A stretch of 64,000 bases of DNA from Armatimonadota bacterium (GCA_963677485.1 OY781964.1:3296001-3360000), one strand, 5' to 3'; positions 1-9,057 are shown, numbered from the stretch's first letter. The notes: a model not told the origin generated them from the sequence alone. Program-made: numbers and translations.

Positions 1-1
1 A

Positions 2-1555
2 ATTGCGCTGCAGTCGAGTGAAGAGCGTTATAGGGCCATCGTTGAGGACCAGACGGAGATGATCTGCCGGTTCACACCAAACGGCACCTTGACATTCGTG
101 AATGAGGCTTACTGCGACTACTTCCATCAACACAGGGATTCGTTGTTAGGCACGCAATTTGGTCCGCATCTACCTCACTCTGACGCTGAGACGCCCATAG
201 AGGCACTTCAGCACTTCGGCCCGGCGAACCAGCAGGCCACATACGAAACGCATCAGTTAATCATCGATGGCGGTACGGAATGGCAGCAGTGGAAAATCCG
301 CGTGTTACTTGATGACCATGGTGCGGTGGCCGAGTTCCAGGCCGTGGGACGGGATATCACAGAACGAAGACTAGCCGAAATCGCTTTAAGCGATACTGGC
401 AGCCGCATTCAACAGACGCTGCTTTTAGGCCAGCCTCCAGTTGACTTAAAGGGCGTAGAGATCGCCAGCCTTACGGTGCCATCACTTGATGTTGACGGCG
501 ACTTCTATGACTTCCACCGCTGGGATGCCTATGCATTTGATGTGGTGGTGGGTGATGTGATGGGTAAGGGGGTACCGGCTGCGCTGACTGGTGCGGCCAC
601 GAAAAGCCAGTTCCCCAAGGCCATGACCACGATTCTGGCATCATCTGAACCAGGGATAATCCCCAGGGCAGACAGCATCGTGCAAAGCGTGCATGATCAG
701 TTGTCGGAAAGACTGATCTCGCTGGAGACCTTCGTCACGGTCTGTTACGCACGATTTGACATGTTGCAGCGCAGCCTGACATACGTGGATTGCGGCCATA
801 CCAGCACCGTGGTCTTTAGAGCGGCCACAGAGACCTGTGAGACCATCAGCGGTGACAACCTGGCATTTGGCTTTGTTCCGTATGAAGAGTATCATCAGTT
901 CAAAACCTCACTTGCTGAGAACGACGTTTTTGTGTTCTACAGTGATGGAGTGACTGAAGCTCAAACCCCCGCGAATGAGCTGTATGGGCTGGATCGGCTG
1001 TTGCAGTTCGTATCAGAGCATGGTCGGTTGAGTGCAGAGCAGATCACTGAGGCACTTTACGAGCGCATCAAAGAGTGGACGGGTCAAGATAAATCAACGG
1101 ACGACCTGACATGTGTCGTTGTGAAGATCGGTGCACCGCCACTAGAGCCCGTCAGCCTGGTCAAGGAACTGAGCTTTAGCAGCACACTGGATTGTTTGGC
1201 TCAAGTCAGGCAGTTTGTGCATGATTTCGTCGTGCTGGATGCTGAAGCGCGTGATAAAGTAGACAATGTGGAGCTGGTGCTGACTGAAGCGGTGACGAAC
1301 GTGATCCGTCATGCATACAATGGTGTGGAGCAACAACCGGTCCGGCTAATAGCGAAACTGTATCCCACCTATATGGAGTGGCTGGTTCTACATAAGGGCG
1401 ATGATTTTGATCCTGGCAGCGTGAACCCGCCGACCTTTGACGGCTCTCGCGATGGCGGGTTTGGACTTTTCATCATCGATGAGCTGATGGACTATGTAGA
1501 CTACGATACGATGCAGGATGGGTGGCGATGCACCCGTATGATTAAACGTCGATAA
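2..1555 (+). CDS. PAS + PP2C/SpoIIE phosphatase + C-terminal RsbW-like HATPase fusion (5' end truncated by window)
   Basis: The frame is open from the window edge (IALQSSEERYRAIVEDQTEM...). Motifs: PAS/PAC (VNEAYC...AVGRDITERR), PP2C (DGDFYD, VGDVMGKG, FYSDGVTEA, DDLT) and anti-sigma kinase (EAVTNVIRHAY, GGFGLFIIDELMD). Confidence 0.9.
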   Translation: MALQSSEERYRAIVEDQTEMICRFTPNGTLTFVNEAYCDYFHQHRDSLLGTQFGPHLPHSDAETPIEALQHFGPANQQATYETHQLIIDGGTEWQQWKIRVLLDDHGAVAEFQAVGRDITERRLAEIALSDTGSRIQQTLLLGQPPVDLKGVEIASLTVPSLDVDGDFYDFHRWDAYAFDVVVGDVMGKGVPAALTGAATKSQFPKAMTTILASSEPGIIPRADSIVQSVHDQLSERLISLETFVTVCYARFDMLQRSLTYVDCGHTSTVVFRAATETCETISGDNLAFGFVPYEEYHQFKTSLAENDVFVFYSDGVTEAQTPANELYGLDRLLQFVSEHGRLSAEQITEALYERIKEWTGQDKSTDDLTCVVVKIGAPPLEPVSLVKELSFSSTLDCLAQVRQFVHDFVVLDAEARDKVDNVELVLTEAVTNVIRHAYNGVEQQPVRLIAKLYPTYMEWLVLHKGDDFDPGSVNPPTFDGSRDGGFGLFIIDELMDYVDYDTMQDGWRCTRMIKRR

Positions 1556-1615
1556 GCGAACAAGATGCCTTTTGCGATCCTAAGGCAGCGTCCCATATAA
1601 CTCGGAGGTAACAAC

Positions 1616-1948
1616 ATGAACCTGAGCGTAACAAAGAGTGGCGAAATCGCCATCGTTGAGATCCCTGGCGACCACCTGGATGCCGGAAATGTTAAAGAGT
1701 TCAAGCGTGAAATCACGCAGGTGCTCAATGACAACAAAAAAGTGATTTTCGATTTTGGGCAGCTTCGCTTCGTCGACAGTTCTGGGCTGGGTGCGATACT
1801 CTCCAGCTTGCGGACCCTCAATGCCGCCGGCGGTGACTTGAAACTAGCAGCACTCAGCAAGGGCGTACGGGCTCTATTCGAGCTGGTGCGTATGCACCGG
1901 ATATTTGACATCTTCAATACCGTTGATGAGGCCGTCAAGGCGTTCTAA
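1616..1948 (+). CDS. STAS-domain anti-sigma factor antagonist (RsbV/SpoIIAA-like)
   Basis: 110 aa with the FVDSSGLG phosphoacceptor motif; GGAGG RBS upstream. Confidence 0.92.
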   Translation: MNLSVTKSGEIAIVEIPGDHLDAGNVKEFKREITQVLNDNKKVIFDFGQLRFVDSSGLGAILSSLRTLNAAGGDLKLAALSKGVRALFELVRMHRIFDIFNTVDEAVKAF

Positions 1949-1957
1949 GGGGGCGAA

Positions 1958-3127
1958 ATGCGGATTTCGCTTTTTGTATTCATTGATGCGTTTGGATGGG
2001 AGATACTGAAACAACACCGCTTCCTGGAGGAAAGTCTGCCTTATAGACAACCTCTAGGGACGGTGTTTGGATACAGCTCGACCTGCGACCCTACGATCAT
2101 CACTGGGGTGTTACCCCGAGAACATGGGCATTTTTCGTTCTTTGTGTATGATCCCAAGAAGTCACCTTTCAAATGGCTTAAGCTGCTGAAGGTGCTTCCC
2201 GGCAGTTTGACGGATCGGGGGCGCGTGCGTCACATCATCAGTAAGCTGGTGCAGAAGTTTTACCGCTACACCGGCTATTTCGAACTGTATGGTGTGCCGT
2301 TTGAGCTGCTTCCTCAATACGACTACACAGAAAAGTCAGATATTTACTTCCCCGGTGGCATCAATGGGGGACAAAAGACCATCTTCGACCTCATGCGCAA
2401 GGACAACAAAGCGTTCAGCCTGAGCGACTGGCGCAAGGGCGAAGAAGAGAATCTGTCGCGTCTGGAAGCTGACATCCAGGCGGGCGAAATCCGGTTTGCA
2501 TATCTGTATATGGCGGCCATGGACGCGACCCTGCACGCCGATGGCACCCACAGCGAGCGGGTCACGCAGAAAATCGCCTGGTATGAGCTGCAGTTGAAGC
2601 GCATCTATGAACTGGCCAAAAAGCACTACGACGATGTGCGTATCACGGTCTTTTCCGACCACGGTATGACCAATATCCGCGAAACTTGCGACCTCATCAA
2701 GCTCATCGAAAACACCGGTCTGGTGTTTGGCGAAGATTACGCCGCGATGTATGACAGCACCATGGCGCGTTTCTGGTTCCTGAAGCCCAGCAGTCAGTTG
2801 ATAATCGAAAATGCACTGGAGGCCAACACGCAGGGACGGATTCTCTCACAGGAAGAGCTGCACGAGTGGGGCGTGGACTTTCCAGACGATCGATATGGTG
2901 ACCTCATCTTCGTGATGAACCCGCACGTGCTGCTGTGCCCCAGCTTCATGGGGAAAGCACCATTAAAGGGGATGCATGGTTTTGAGCCGACACATGCCGA
3001 CTCCGTGGCGATGCTCTGCAGCAACCATGAGCCCGAGCGCAAACCAAAGCGGCTGGAAGATATGTATGCATTGATGAAGAGCCAAATCCAGTGGGCCTGG
3101 GAAGAGATACCGTCGAAGGTAGACTAG
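1958..3127 (+). CDS. alkaline phosphatase superfamily protein (nucleotide pyrophosphatase/phosphodiesterase-like)
   Basis: Metal-binding motifs FIDAFGW, DATLH, FSDHGM and GMHGF. Confidence 0.75.
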   Translation: MRISLFVFIDAFGWEILKQHRFLEESLPYRQPLGTVFGYSSTCDPTIITGVLPREHGHFSFFVYDPKKSPFKWLKLLKVLPGSLTDRGRVRHIISKLVQKFYRYTGYFELYGVPFELLPQYDYTEKSDIYFPGGINGGQKTIFDLMRKDNKAFSLSDWRKGEEENLSRLEADIQAGEIRFAYLYMAAMDATLHADGTHSERVTQKIAWYELQLKRIYELAKKHYDDVRITVFSDHGMTNIRETCDLIKLIENTGLVFGEDYAAMYDSTMARFWFLKPSSQLIIENALEANTQGRILSQEELHEWGVDFPDDRYGDLIFVMNPHVLLCPSFMGKAPLKGMHGFEPTHADSVAMLCSNHEPERKPKRLEDMYALMKSQIQWAWEEIPSKVD

Positions 3128-3227
3128 GCAGCGGATGGTTGCGAACGCCGATGGCACGTAGCCATGGCGGTGGTTGGGTGAGTGGTAGCCCACCGCCACG
3201 CGCTAAAGCACATGGCTATTGACCTGC

Positions 3228-3303
3228 CAAGCCTGCTGAAGCAGGCTGAGGGCTTCGCCCTTTAGGTGGTTGACAGGTTTATCAGACTGCTTCAGCAGTC
3301 TTG
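3228..3303. repeat. inverted pair of palindromic REP-like units
   Basis: CAAGCCTGCTGAAGCAGGCTGA (3228-3249) and TCAGACTGCTTCAGCAGTCTTG (3282-3303) are inverted copies that differ by a compensatory stem change. Confidence 0.7.
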
Positions 3304-3312
3304 TAAGTAACT

Positions 3313-3400
3313 GGTCGTAGGGGCGTCCCTTGTGGGCGCCCTAAACATAATCATCGAGTAAACAACGATTAGGGCGCCCACAAGGGACGCCCCTACGACC
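3313..3400. repeat. GTAG-family REP doublet (REPIN-like) with perfect 32-bp inverted arms
   Basis: GGTCGTAGGGGCGTCCCTTGTGGGCGCCCTAA (3313-3344) and its exact reverse complement (3369-3400). Confidence 0.85.
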
Positions 3401-3622
3401 GTATCCGTTACAGGATAGGCTGCCGTGCCAGCACGGGCGGTTGCTTGTTGATCAATAGCCGAGACATTTATGTCGCGGAATCGAAGGCCATATACCCCCT
3501 ATCTATTGGTGGGTAATAGACTGTCCCAAAGACCGTGGCTATCGACCTGCCAAGCATGCCGACACCGCGGGCTAATTTGCGGTATATCGCATATACCTGT
3601 GTTTATATAGTGGGGTAAAACA

Positions 3623-4678
3623 ATGAATATCGTGGTGACGGGCGGGGCCGGCTTTATCGGGGCCAATTTCTTAAACCTGCTGGTGCCGCGGTTGCCGCAG
3701 CACCAGTTTATGAATGTAGACAAGCTGACATACGCCGCCAACCTGCTGAGTTTGAAACCCATCATGGACGCTCCCAACTACCAGTTTTGCCGTGTGGACA
3801 TCGCCGATGCCACGGCGGTCAACGCACTGTTTGAGGGGCATCAGGTTGATCTGGTCGTCCACTTCGCGGCCGAAAGTCATGTCGACCGCAGCATCGTCAG
3901 CCCGGGGGATTTTATCCAGACCAACATCGTAGGCACCTTCAATCTGCTGGAAGCGTGCCGAAAGCAGTGGAAAAGCTGGGAAGGTAAGCTGTTCCACCAT
4001 GTCAGCACCGATGAGGTGTTTGGTAGCCTTGGTGACAGCGGCTATTTCACCGAGGAGACGCGTTATGACCCCAGCAGCCCCTACTCCGCCAGTAAAGCCT
4101 CCAGTGACCATTTGGTGCGAGCCTACGGGCGCACTTACGGAATGCCCTTCAAACTGACCAACTGCAGCAACAACTACGGCCCGCTTCAGTTTCCTGAGAA
4201 GCTGATCCCGTTGATGATCCAAAATGCTTTGACGGGCAAACCGCTGCCGGTGTATGGCCAAGGTCTGAACGTGCGTGACTGGCTCTACGTGGGCGACCAC
4301 TGTGAAGCGATCTGGAGCGTGATTGAACACGGCGCAGTGGGTGAGAGTTATAACATCGGTGGGCACAACGAGAAGAAGAACATCGAAGTGGTTCATGCCA
4401 TCTGTCAGGCTCTGGCGGACGAAACCGGCAAGCCGCTGGATGAGTTCACGAAGCTGATTACGTATGTCACCGATCGGCCTGGCCATGACCTGCGGTATGC
4501 CATTGACCCCAGCCGTATGATGAACGAGCTGGGCTGGAAGCCCGCCGAGAGCTTTGAGACCGGCCTGCGTAAGACAGTGCGGTGGTATCTTGATAACCAA
4601 GCATGGGTAGAGAGCATTCAAACCGGTGAGTATATACGCTGGATGGAACAAAACTACGGAAGCAGGGGAGACGTATAG
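3623..4678 (+). CDS. rfbB: dTDP-glucose 4,6-dehydratase
   Basis: [48 protein letters not shown]. Confidence 0.97.
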   Translation: MNIVVTGGAGFIGANFLNLLVPRLPQHQFMNVDKLTYAANLLSLKPIMDAPNYQFCRVDIADATAVNALFEGHQVDLVVHFAAESHVDRSIVSPGDFIQTNIVGTFNLLEACRKQWKSWEGKLFHHVSTDEVFGSLGDSGYFTEETRYDPSSPYSASKASSDHLVRAYGRTYGMPFKLTNCSNNYGPLQFPEKLIPLMIQNALTGKPLPVYGQGLNVRDWLYVGDHCEAIWSVIEHGAVGESYNIGGHNEKKNIEVVHAICQALADETGKPLDEFTKLITYVTDRPGHDLRYAIDPSRMMNELGWKPAESFETGLRKTVRWYLDNQAWVESIQTGEYIRWMEQNYGSRGDV

Positions 4679-4680
4679 TC

Positions 4681-5565
4681 ATGATCAAAAAAGGCATTAT
4701 TCTGGCCGGAGGATCGGGCACACGCCTGTATCCGCTCACTCGGGTGGTCAGTAAACAACTGATGCCCATCTATAACAAACCGCTGATTTATTACCCGCTG
4801 TGCAGCCTATTGCTGGCCGGGATCACCGAGGTTCTGGTGATCAACACCCCTGAGGACAGCGCGCTGTTTCAGAGGCTGTTAGGCGATGGTTCGGAGTGGG
4901 GCATCAAGATCGAATATGCCGTGCAGCCTGCCCCAGAGGGTCTAGCCCAGGCGTTCATCATCGGTGAGGATTTTATCGGCGGTGAGGGCTGTGCGCTGGT
5001 GCTGGGCGACAACATCTTCTTTGGCCACGGTCTGCCCGAGCAGCTTATTAAAGCCACCGCGCAGCCCCAGGGGGCCACTGTCTTTGCCTATTACGTACGT
5101 GACCCTCAGCGTTATGGCGTGGTGGAGTTTGATGCCGATGGCAAGGCCATCAGCATTGAAGAGAAGCCGATCAAACCACGGAGCAACTGGGCGGTGACCG
5201 GCCTCTACTTCTATGACAAGCGCGTGGTGGAGATCGCCAAAAACCTGAAGCCCAGCCCCCGCGGCGAGCTGGAGATTACCGATGTGAATGCCACCTACCT
5301 GCAGATGGGGGAGTTGAGCGTGCAGAAGCTGGGACGCGGGATCGCTTGGCTGGACACCGGTACCCACGAGTCATTACTGCAGGCCGCTGATTTTGTGCAG
5401 ACGGTCGAAGAGCGGCAGGGCATGATGATCTGCTGCCCGGAGGAGATCGCCTGGCGCAAGGGGCTCATCAGCGATGAACAGTTGCGTAAACTGGCCGCTC
5501 CGCTGGCGAAGAACGACTACGGCCACTATCTACTAGAGATGGTCGACAGGGGGATACACGGATGA
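4681..5565 (+). CDS. rfbA: glucose-1-phosphate thymidylyltransferase
   Basis: [43 protein letters not shown]. Confidence 0.97.
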   Translation: MIKKGIILAGGSGTRLYPLTRVVSKQLMPIYNKPLIYYPLCSLLLAGITEVLVINTPEDSALFQRLLGDGSEWGIKIEYAVQPAPEGLAQAFIIGEDFIGGEGCALVLGDNIFFGHGLPEQLIKATAQPQGATVFAYYVRDPQRYGVVEFDADGKAISIEEKPIKPRSNWAVTGLYFYDKRVVEIAKNLKPSPRGELEITDVNATYLQMGELSVQKLGRGIAWLDTGTHESLLQAADFVQTVEERQGMMICCPEEIAWRKGLISDEQLRKLAAPLAKNDYGHYLLEMVDRGIHG

Positions 5566-6113
5566 ACATCATCGAAACGCCCATCCCCGGTGCCGTGGTG
5601 ATTGAGCCGAAAGTGTTCGGTGACGCCCGTGGGTTCTTCTTTGAGAGCTACAGCCAGCAGCGGTATTCGGAACACGGTCTGAACGTGTCGTTCGTGCAGG
5701 ACAATGTCTCCTTCAGCCGCCGCGGTGTGTTGCGAGGTCTGCACTTTCAAAAGCCGTTTACTCAGACCAAACTTGTACAGGTGCTGCAGGGCGAGGTTTT
5801 TGATGTGGCGGTGGACTTGCGCGTGAGCTCGCCGGCGTTCGGAAAGTGGCATGGCGTGCTGCTCACCGCAGAGGCACACAACCAGTTCTACGTGCCGCAA
5901 GGATGCGCCCACGGCTTTGTGGTGCTCAGCGAAACCGCGCTGTTCAGCTACAAGTGCGATGATTACTACCATCCCGAGTGCGAGGGCGGCGTCATCTGGA
6001 ACGACCCCGAGATCGGCATTATCTGGCCCATCACCGACGTCCAGCTCAGCGAGAAGGACACCAAGCTGCCGCGCTTGAGTCAATTGCCAACGGAGCGGCT
6101 GTTCCGGTTTTAG
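5562..6113 (+). CDS. rfbC: dTDP-4-dehydrorhamnose 3,5-epimerase
   Basis: [40 protein letters not shown]; ATGA overlap with rfbA. Confidence 0.96.
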   Translation: MNIIETPIPGAVVIEPKVFGDARGFFFESYSQQRYSEHGLNVSFVQDNVSFSRRGVLRGLHFQKPFTQTKLVQVLQGEVFDVAVDLRVSSPAFGKWHGVLLTAEAHNQFYVPQGCAHGFVVLSETALFSYKCDDYYHPECEGGVIWNDPEIGIIWPITDVQLSEKDTKLPRLSQLPTERLFRF

Positions 6114-6280
6114 GGGATTCATCTCACGCGGCACCGCAGGTGACGACGCGGAGGGGGTTTTATCCACAGATTACGCAGATTGCGCAGATTAGGTAGTGTC
6201 CGGGCGGTTTTTCGGCACACACGCGCTTCGACAATACAGGTAAATGGATATACGGTAAGGTTTGTAGATACTGTGGCTTT

Positions 6281-6286
6281 TGTCAA
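6281..6286 (-). promoter_or_regulatory. -35 box (TTGACA) at the IS right end; half of the circle-junction promoter
   Basis: In the excised circle the junction reads TTGACA-aaagccacagtatctag (17 nt)-TACGCT, pointing into the bridge RNA and recombinase. Confidence 0.8.
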
Positions 6287-6538
6287 GTCCCCAGGGGCAA
6301 ATCTGGGGATTTGGACCTGAATATCAGACACTGGCTCTAGACCACGTAGAATAACGTTAATGTGATGTTTGTGGCATATAGACCAAACCTGGATCCGCGA
6401 CAGAAACAGGCTCAGATGGCATCAGTTGGTCCGTAGCACCTCACATGACGCTCGGAGTCGCGAACGGACGTGCGACATCTTCGTGGCTTCGAAAGATATC
6501 GTTATGCTTCGATGCGTGCTATCGGCAGACTGCCGCAG

Positions 6539-7831
6539 CTAGGATACTGGTGTCAGAACCCTCGGTTTGTTGCCCACCCGACTGCGCGATGGCCGGTTTC
6601 GGGATGCGGGCCGACCACCGCCGGCAGGAGTGGGCTCATTGGTGGGATTTCCATCCACGCATCCCCGTCTTGGAACGCTCACGTCCAGCCCAGGATCATT
6701 GCCTACACCGGCTATATCATGGGCCGCTCCGGCACGATCCTGGACATGTCCGTTCGCGTCGGTCAGCGGTTGCTGGTTGGCCGCATTTGAAGCTTGTTCG
6801 ATGCCGAAGTTTGGATCATATGGCTGACGGCTGATTAATACCGACCACATGAGCACCAGCTGCTTGCGCATGATTGCGCGCCGGACAACTCGCTTGGACT
6901 TCGGTTTCTTATTGGGATTCTTTACCAAATTCGGATGCTGCAGTTCCTTCACGAAGTCGTGCATGCTCTGGCCAAGCTTTTTCGACTTACCGTTGACCAT
7001 CTTCACCACAGTGCTCGATCCACAGTAGAGTAATGTCCGCATATATCGGTCACCCATCTTGGATATGGAGCCGTCGTATGTCTTGCAGCTTCCTGACCGT
7101 TGCGGGCAGGGGTTCATTCCGAAATAGCGCGCGACCGCTTTCGATGTTTCAAATCGTTTAGCATCACCGATTTTCGCAAGGAAATAGCTTGCTGTGACGT
7201 CGCCGATACCCGGAATGCTCTTCAGCAGAGCCATATCTTCGGTCATCTGCGGTGAACTCATCACAAGCTCTTTGATCTGAACATCAAGCTTTTTGATGCC
7301 CATGTCATGAAAAGCGATCATCTCGTCCAGCACTGTGCTCCGCGTAAGCCGACAGCTTTGGCGCTGGGCGATCGCCTGTCTGTGTTGCACCAGCATACGG
7401 CGGTCATTGGTGTAACCAATAAGCGCATCATAGCATGCTAGACGAGGGACATAGAGTGAGACATTGTGACTTTTCACATAGTCAGCGATTAGCACGCTGT
7501 CAGAGCAGTCCGTCTTTTGTTCCCAGCCTTTGGCTTTGCGGTGATAGAGAACCCGTTTTGGCTCCAGTTGGACAGCATCGTGCTGGTGCTCGTAGAGGTA
7601 ATCAAGCAGCGGTCGGCTGTAAGGCCCGGTGGCTTCAGCCGCATACAAGGCGGGAGTTCGGGTAAGCTTCTTCACCCATGACAACAACTCCTTGTATCCG
7701 GCCTTGTTGTTCTTGAACTCCTTATGGTCTATCGGCTTGTGCGATGAACCTAATACAGACGCGTCAAACGTCAATTTCGAGATGTCGATCCCGACATAAT
7801 GGATGTAGATTTTGTCTTCAACTTCGTGCAT
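6539..7831 (-). CDS. IS110 family DEDD recombinase/transposase with a low-complexity C-terminal tail
   Basis: YVGIDISK, AEATGPY and KTDCSD (DEDD tetrad), SIPGIG, and QRSGS (Tnp-domain serine). Start moved to ATG 7831, which has a GGAG RBS. Confidence 0.95.
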   Translation of the reverse strand: MHEVEDKIYIHYVGIDISKLTFDASVLGSSHKPIDHKEFKNNKAGYKELLSWVKKLTRTPALYAAEATGPYSRPLLDYLYEHQHDAVQLEPKRVLYHRKAKGWEQKTDCSDSVLIADYVKSHNVSLYVPRLACYDALIGYTNDRRMLVQHRQAIAQRQSCRLTRSTVLDEMIAFHDMGIKKLDVQIKELVMSSPQMTEDMALLKSIPGIGDVTASYFLAKIGDAKRFETSKAVARYFGMNPCPQRSGSCKTYDGSISKMGDRYMRTLLYCGSSTVVKMVNGKSKKLGQSMHDFVKELQHPNLVKNPNKKPKSKRVVRRAIMRKQLVLMWSVLISRQPYDPNFGIEQASNAANQQPLTDANGHVQDRAGAAHDIAGVGNDPGLDVSVPRRGCVDGNPTNEPTPAGGGRPASRNRPSRSRVGNKPRVLTPVS

Positions 7832-7861
7832 GTGGTAATCTCCAGTTGGTAGTGATTGATG

Positions 7862-8063
7862 GTGCAATCAACCAAATCAGCCTAGCGAACACGGGGTTTT
7901 CTCCCAAGATACTGTTCGATATGGGTTGATTGGGAGAAGGATGCCTATCTACGTCACGGTGTTTTCCACCAGGGGCGGTTCCGGCATCCAATCCTTCTCC
8001 TTCACCCCCAGCTAAGGGGTGAGATTAGCTCCCCGACTGCTTTTGGTGTCCGGGGAGCTCACC
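7862..8063 (-). ncRNA. IS110 bridge RNA (5' hairpins, target-binding loop, donor-binding loop)
   Basis: Hairpins at 8027-8059 and 8002-8022. The target loop is closed by 7933-7942/7991-8000, with guides GAACCGCCCCT (7971-7981) and GTAG (7949-7952). The donor loop is closed by 7865-7873/7924-7932, with guides ACAGTATCT (7907-7915) and CTAG (7882-7885). RNA ends are estimated. Confidence 0.85.
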
Positions 8064-8069
8064 ATATAT

Positions 8070-8075
8070 AGCGTA
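8070..8075 (-). promoter_or_regulatory. -10 box (TACGCT) at the IS left end; other half of the circle-junction promoter
   Basis: Sits 17 nt from the right-end TTGACA only after circularisation. Confidence 0.7.
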
Positions 8076-8077
8076 CT

Positions 8078-8100
8078 AGGGGCGGTTCGAGAACCGCCCT
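8078..8100. repeat. GTAG REP palindrome interrupted by the IS110 (target site)
   Basis: AGGGGCGGTTCGAGAACCGCCCT. The missing GT of GTAG is on the other side of the element (6264-6265). Confidence 0.85.
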
Positions 8101-8433
8101 TCTTGCGTCGAGGGGTAGCCACGCCCCTGGCGGTTGGCATAGGGAATATCATCCACGGATGACGCAGATTACACAGATTAGGTCATGACCGGGGCGGTTT
8201 CTCAGAGCACTATCAAACGCCCTGCAGCCCGTCTCCGGCGCGGTCTGGCGGACAGCCCGTTGCCGATGCCCCTGGCGTCAGGATACCCGTTGACAACCAA
8301 CACTTAAAAGGGTGTAACTAGACAGAGCAGACAAGCATAGCCATATCTCACTTGCGACAAACTAACGACAGCAAAACATCGATCAAAGCTGATCTTTGCA
8401 CCACTTTCAGTAACTACCAGGAGATATATCATT

Positions 8434-9057
8434 TTGAAAAACTTACCTACAGGAACAATCAGGCGTGCAAGAATAATGATCCCGATTGTCGCATTGTGCT
8501 TGATATGGCTCATCTATCATTCGTTGAGTGTACGTATATTTATTGATTTTCCAGGTGGTTATACTCTTTATAACAATGACTATGGCTTGACGATGACATA
8601 TGGATTGAAACCACAAAACAGAGATAGTGATACTAAGAATTGGCCTTATATCATGAGGATCGGCCCTAACATCGGCGGTTATCACGTCTACTCTAATGTA
8701 GTCGTAGGTATTATCACTTCATATGAGAGAGAGGATGATTACATCCGTGTCGGGTTCTCCGATATAGGGTGTGAAAGAAGGAAGGGCTACTTCATCATGG
8801 ATATCATCCACAAGAAAGTCTATGGTGGCCTAAGCAAGCGGGACTGGCTGGAGAAGCTGAAAACATACGGGATCACCACGGAACCAGCGTTGCATGAGCC
8901 CCACTGGTTGGACGAGTACTTCGGCGGAACAAACCATCAGATGCTCCTGGGCGATAGGCGAGTAGCTCCAGAGCATGAAGGATTCTGCCCTCGCTTGCTG
9001 GAAGCAGTTAATTGTGTTGGGATAACCATACTGTGCTATGGCCATATGACCGCCTAA
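8434..9057 (+). CDS. membrane-anchored DUF3997-like protein, copy 1 (C-terminus frameshifted relative to copy 2)
   Basis: N-terminal hydrophobic segment, then DFPGGYTL, IGPNIGGY and GYFIMDI...VYGGLSK; paralog of 9090-9647. Start codon uncertain. Confidence 0.6.
   Translation: MKNLPTGTIRRARIMIPIVALCLIWLIYHSLSVRIFIDFPGGYTLYNNDYGLTMTYGLKPQNRDSDTKNWPYIMRIGPNIGGYHVYSNVVVGIITSYEREDDYIRVGFSDIGCERRKGYFIMDIIHKKVYGGLSKRDWLEKLKTYGITTEPALHEPHWLDEYFGGTNHQMLLGDRRVAPEHEGFCPRLLEAVNCVGITILCYGHMTA

Larger units (their letters stand above)
6266..8079 (-). mobile_element. complete IS110-family (IS621-like bridge recombinase) insertion sequence, flanked by CT core dinucleotides, inserted in a GTAG REP
   Basis: Minus-strand junctions: left GAACCGCCC-CT-AGTACGCTATAT (core 8078-8079) and right TTGACAAAAGCCACAGTAT-CT-ACAAACC (core 6266-6267). 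Removing the element restores the REP GGGCGGTTCTCGAACCGCCCCTAC. No terminal inverted repeats were seen. Confidence 0.9.

Noticed and set aside
3671-4651. Long antisense ORFs (also 5526-6167, 29557-30453, 32374-33321, 37876-38616, 57251-58057)
   Set aside because: These are shadow frames opposite well-supported genes, which is expected in GC-rich coding DNA.
6470-6834. Passenger ORFs antisense to the IS110 recombinase tail
   Set aside because: No convincing RBS or family motif. A faint lipoyl-like pattern (SGTILDMSVRVGQ) is too short to support a call.
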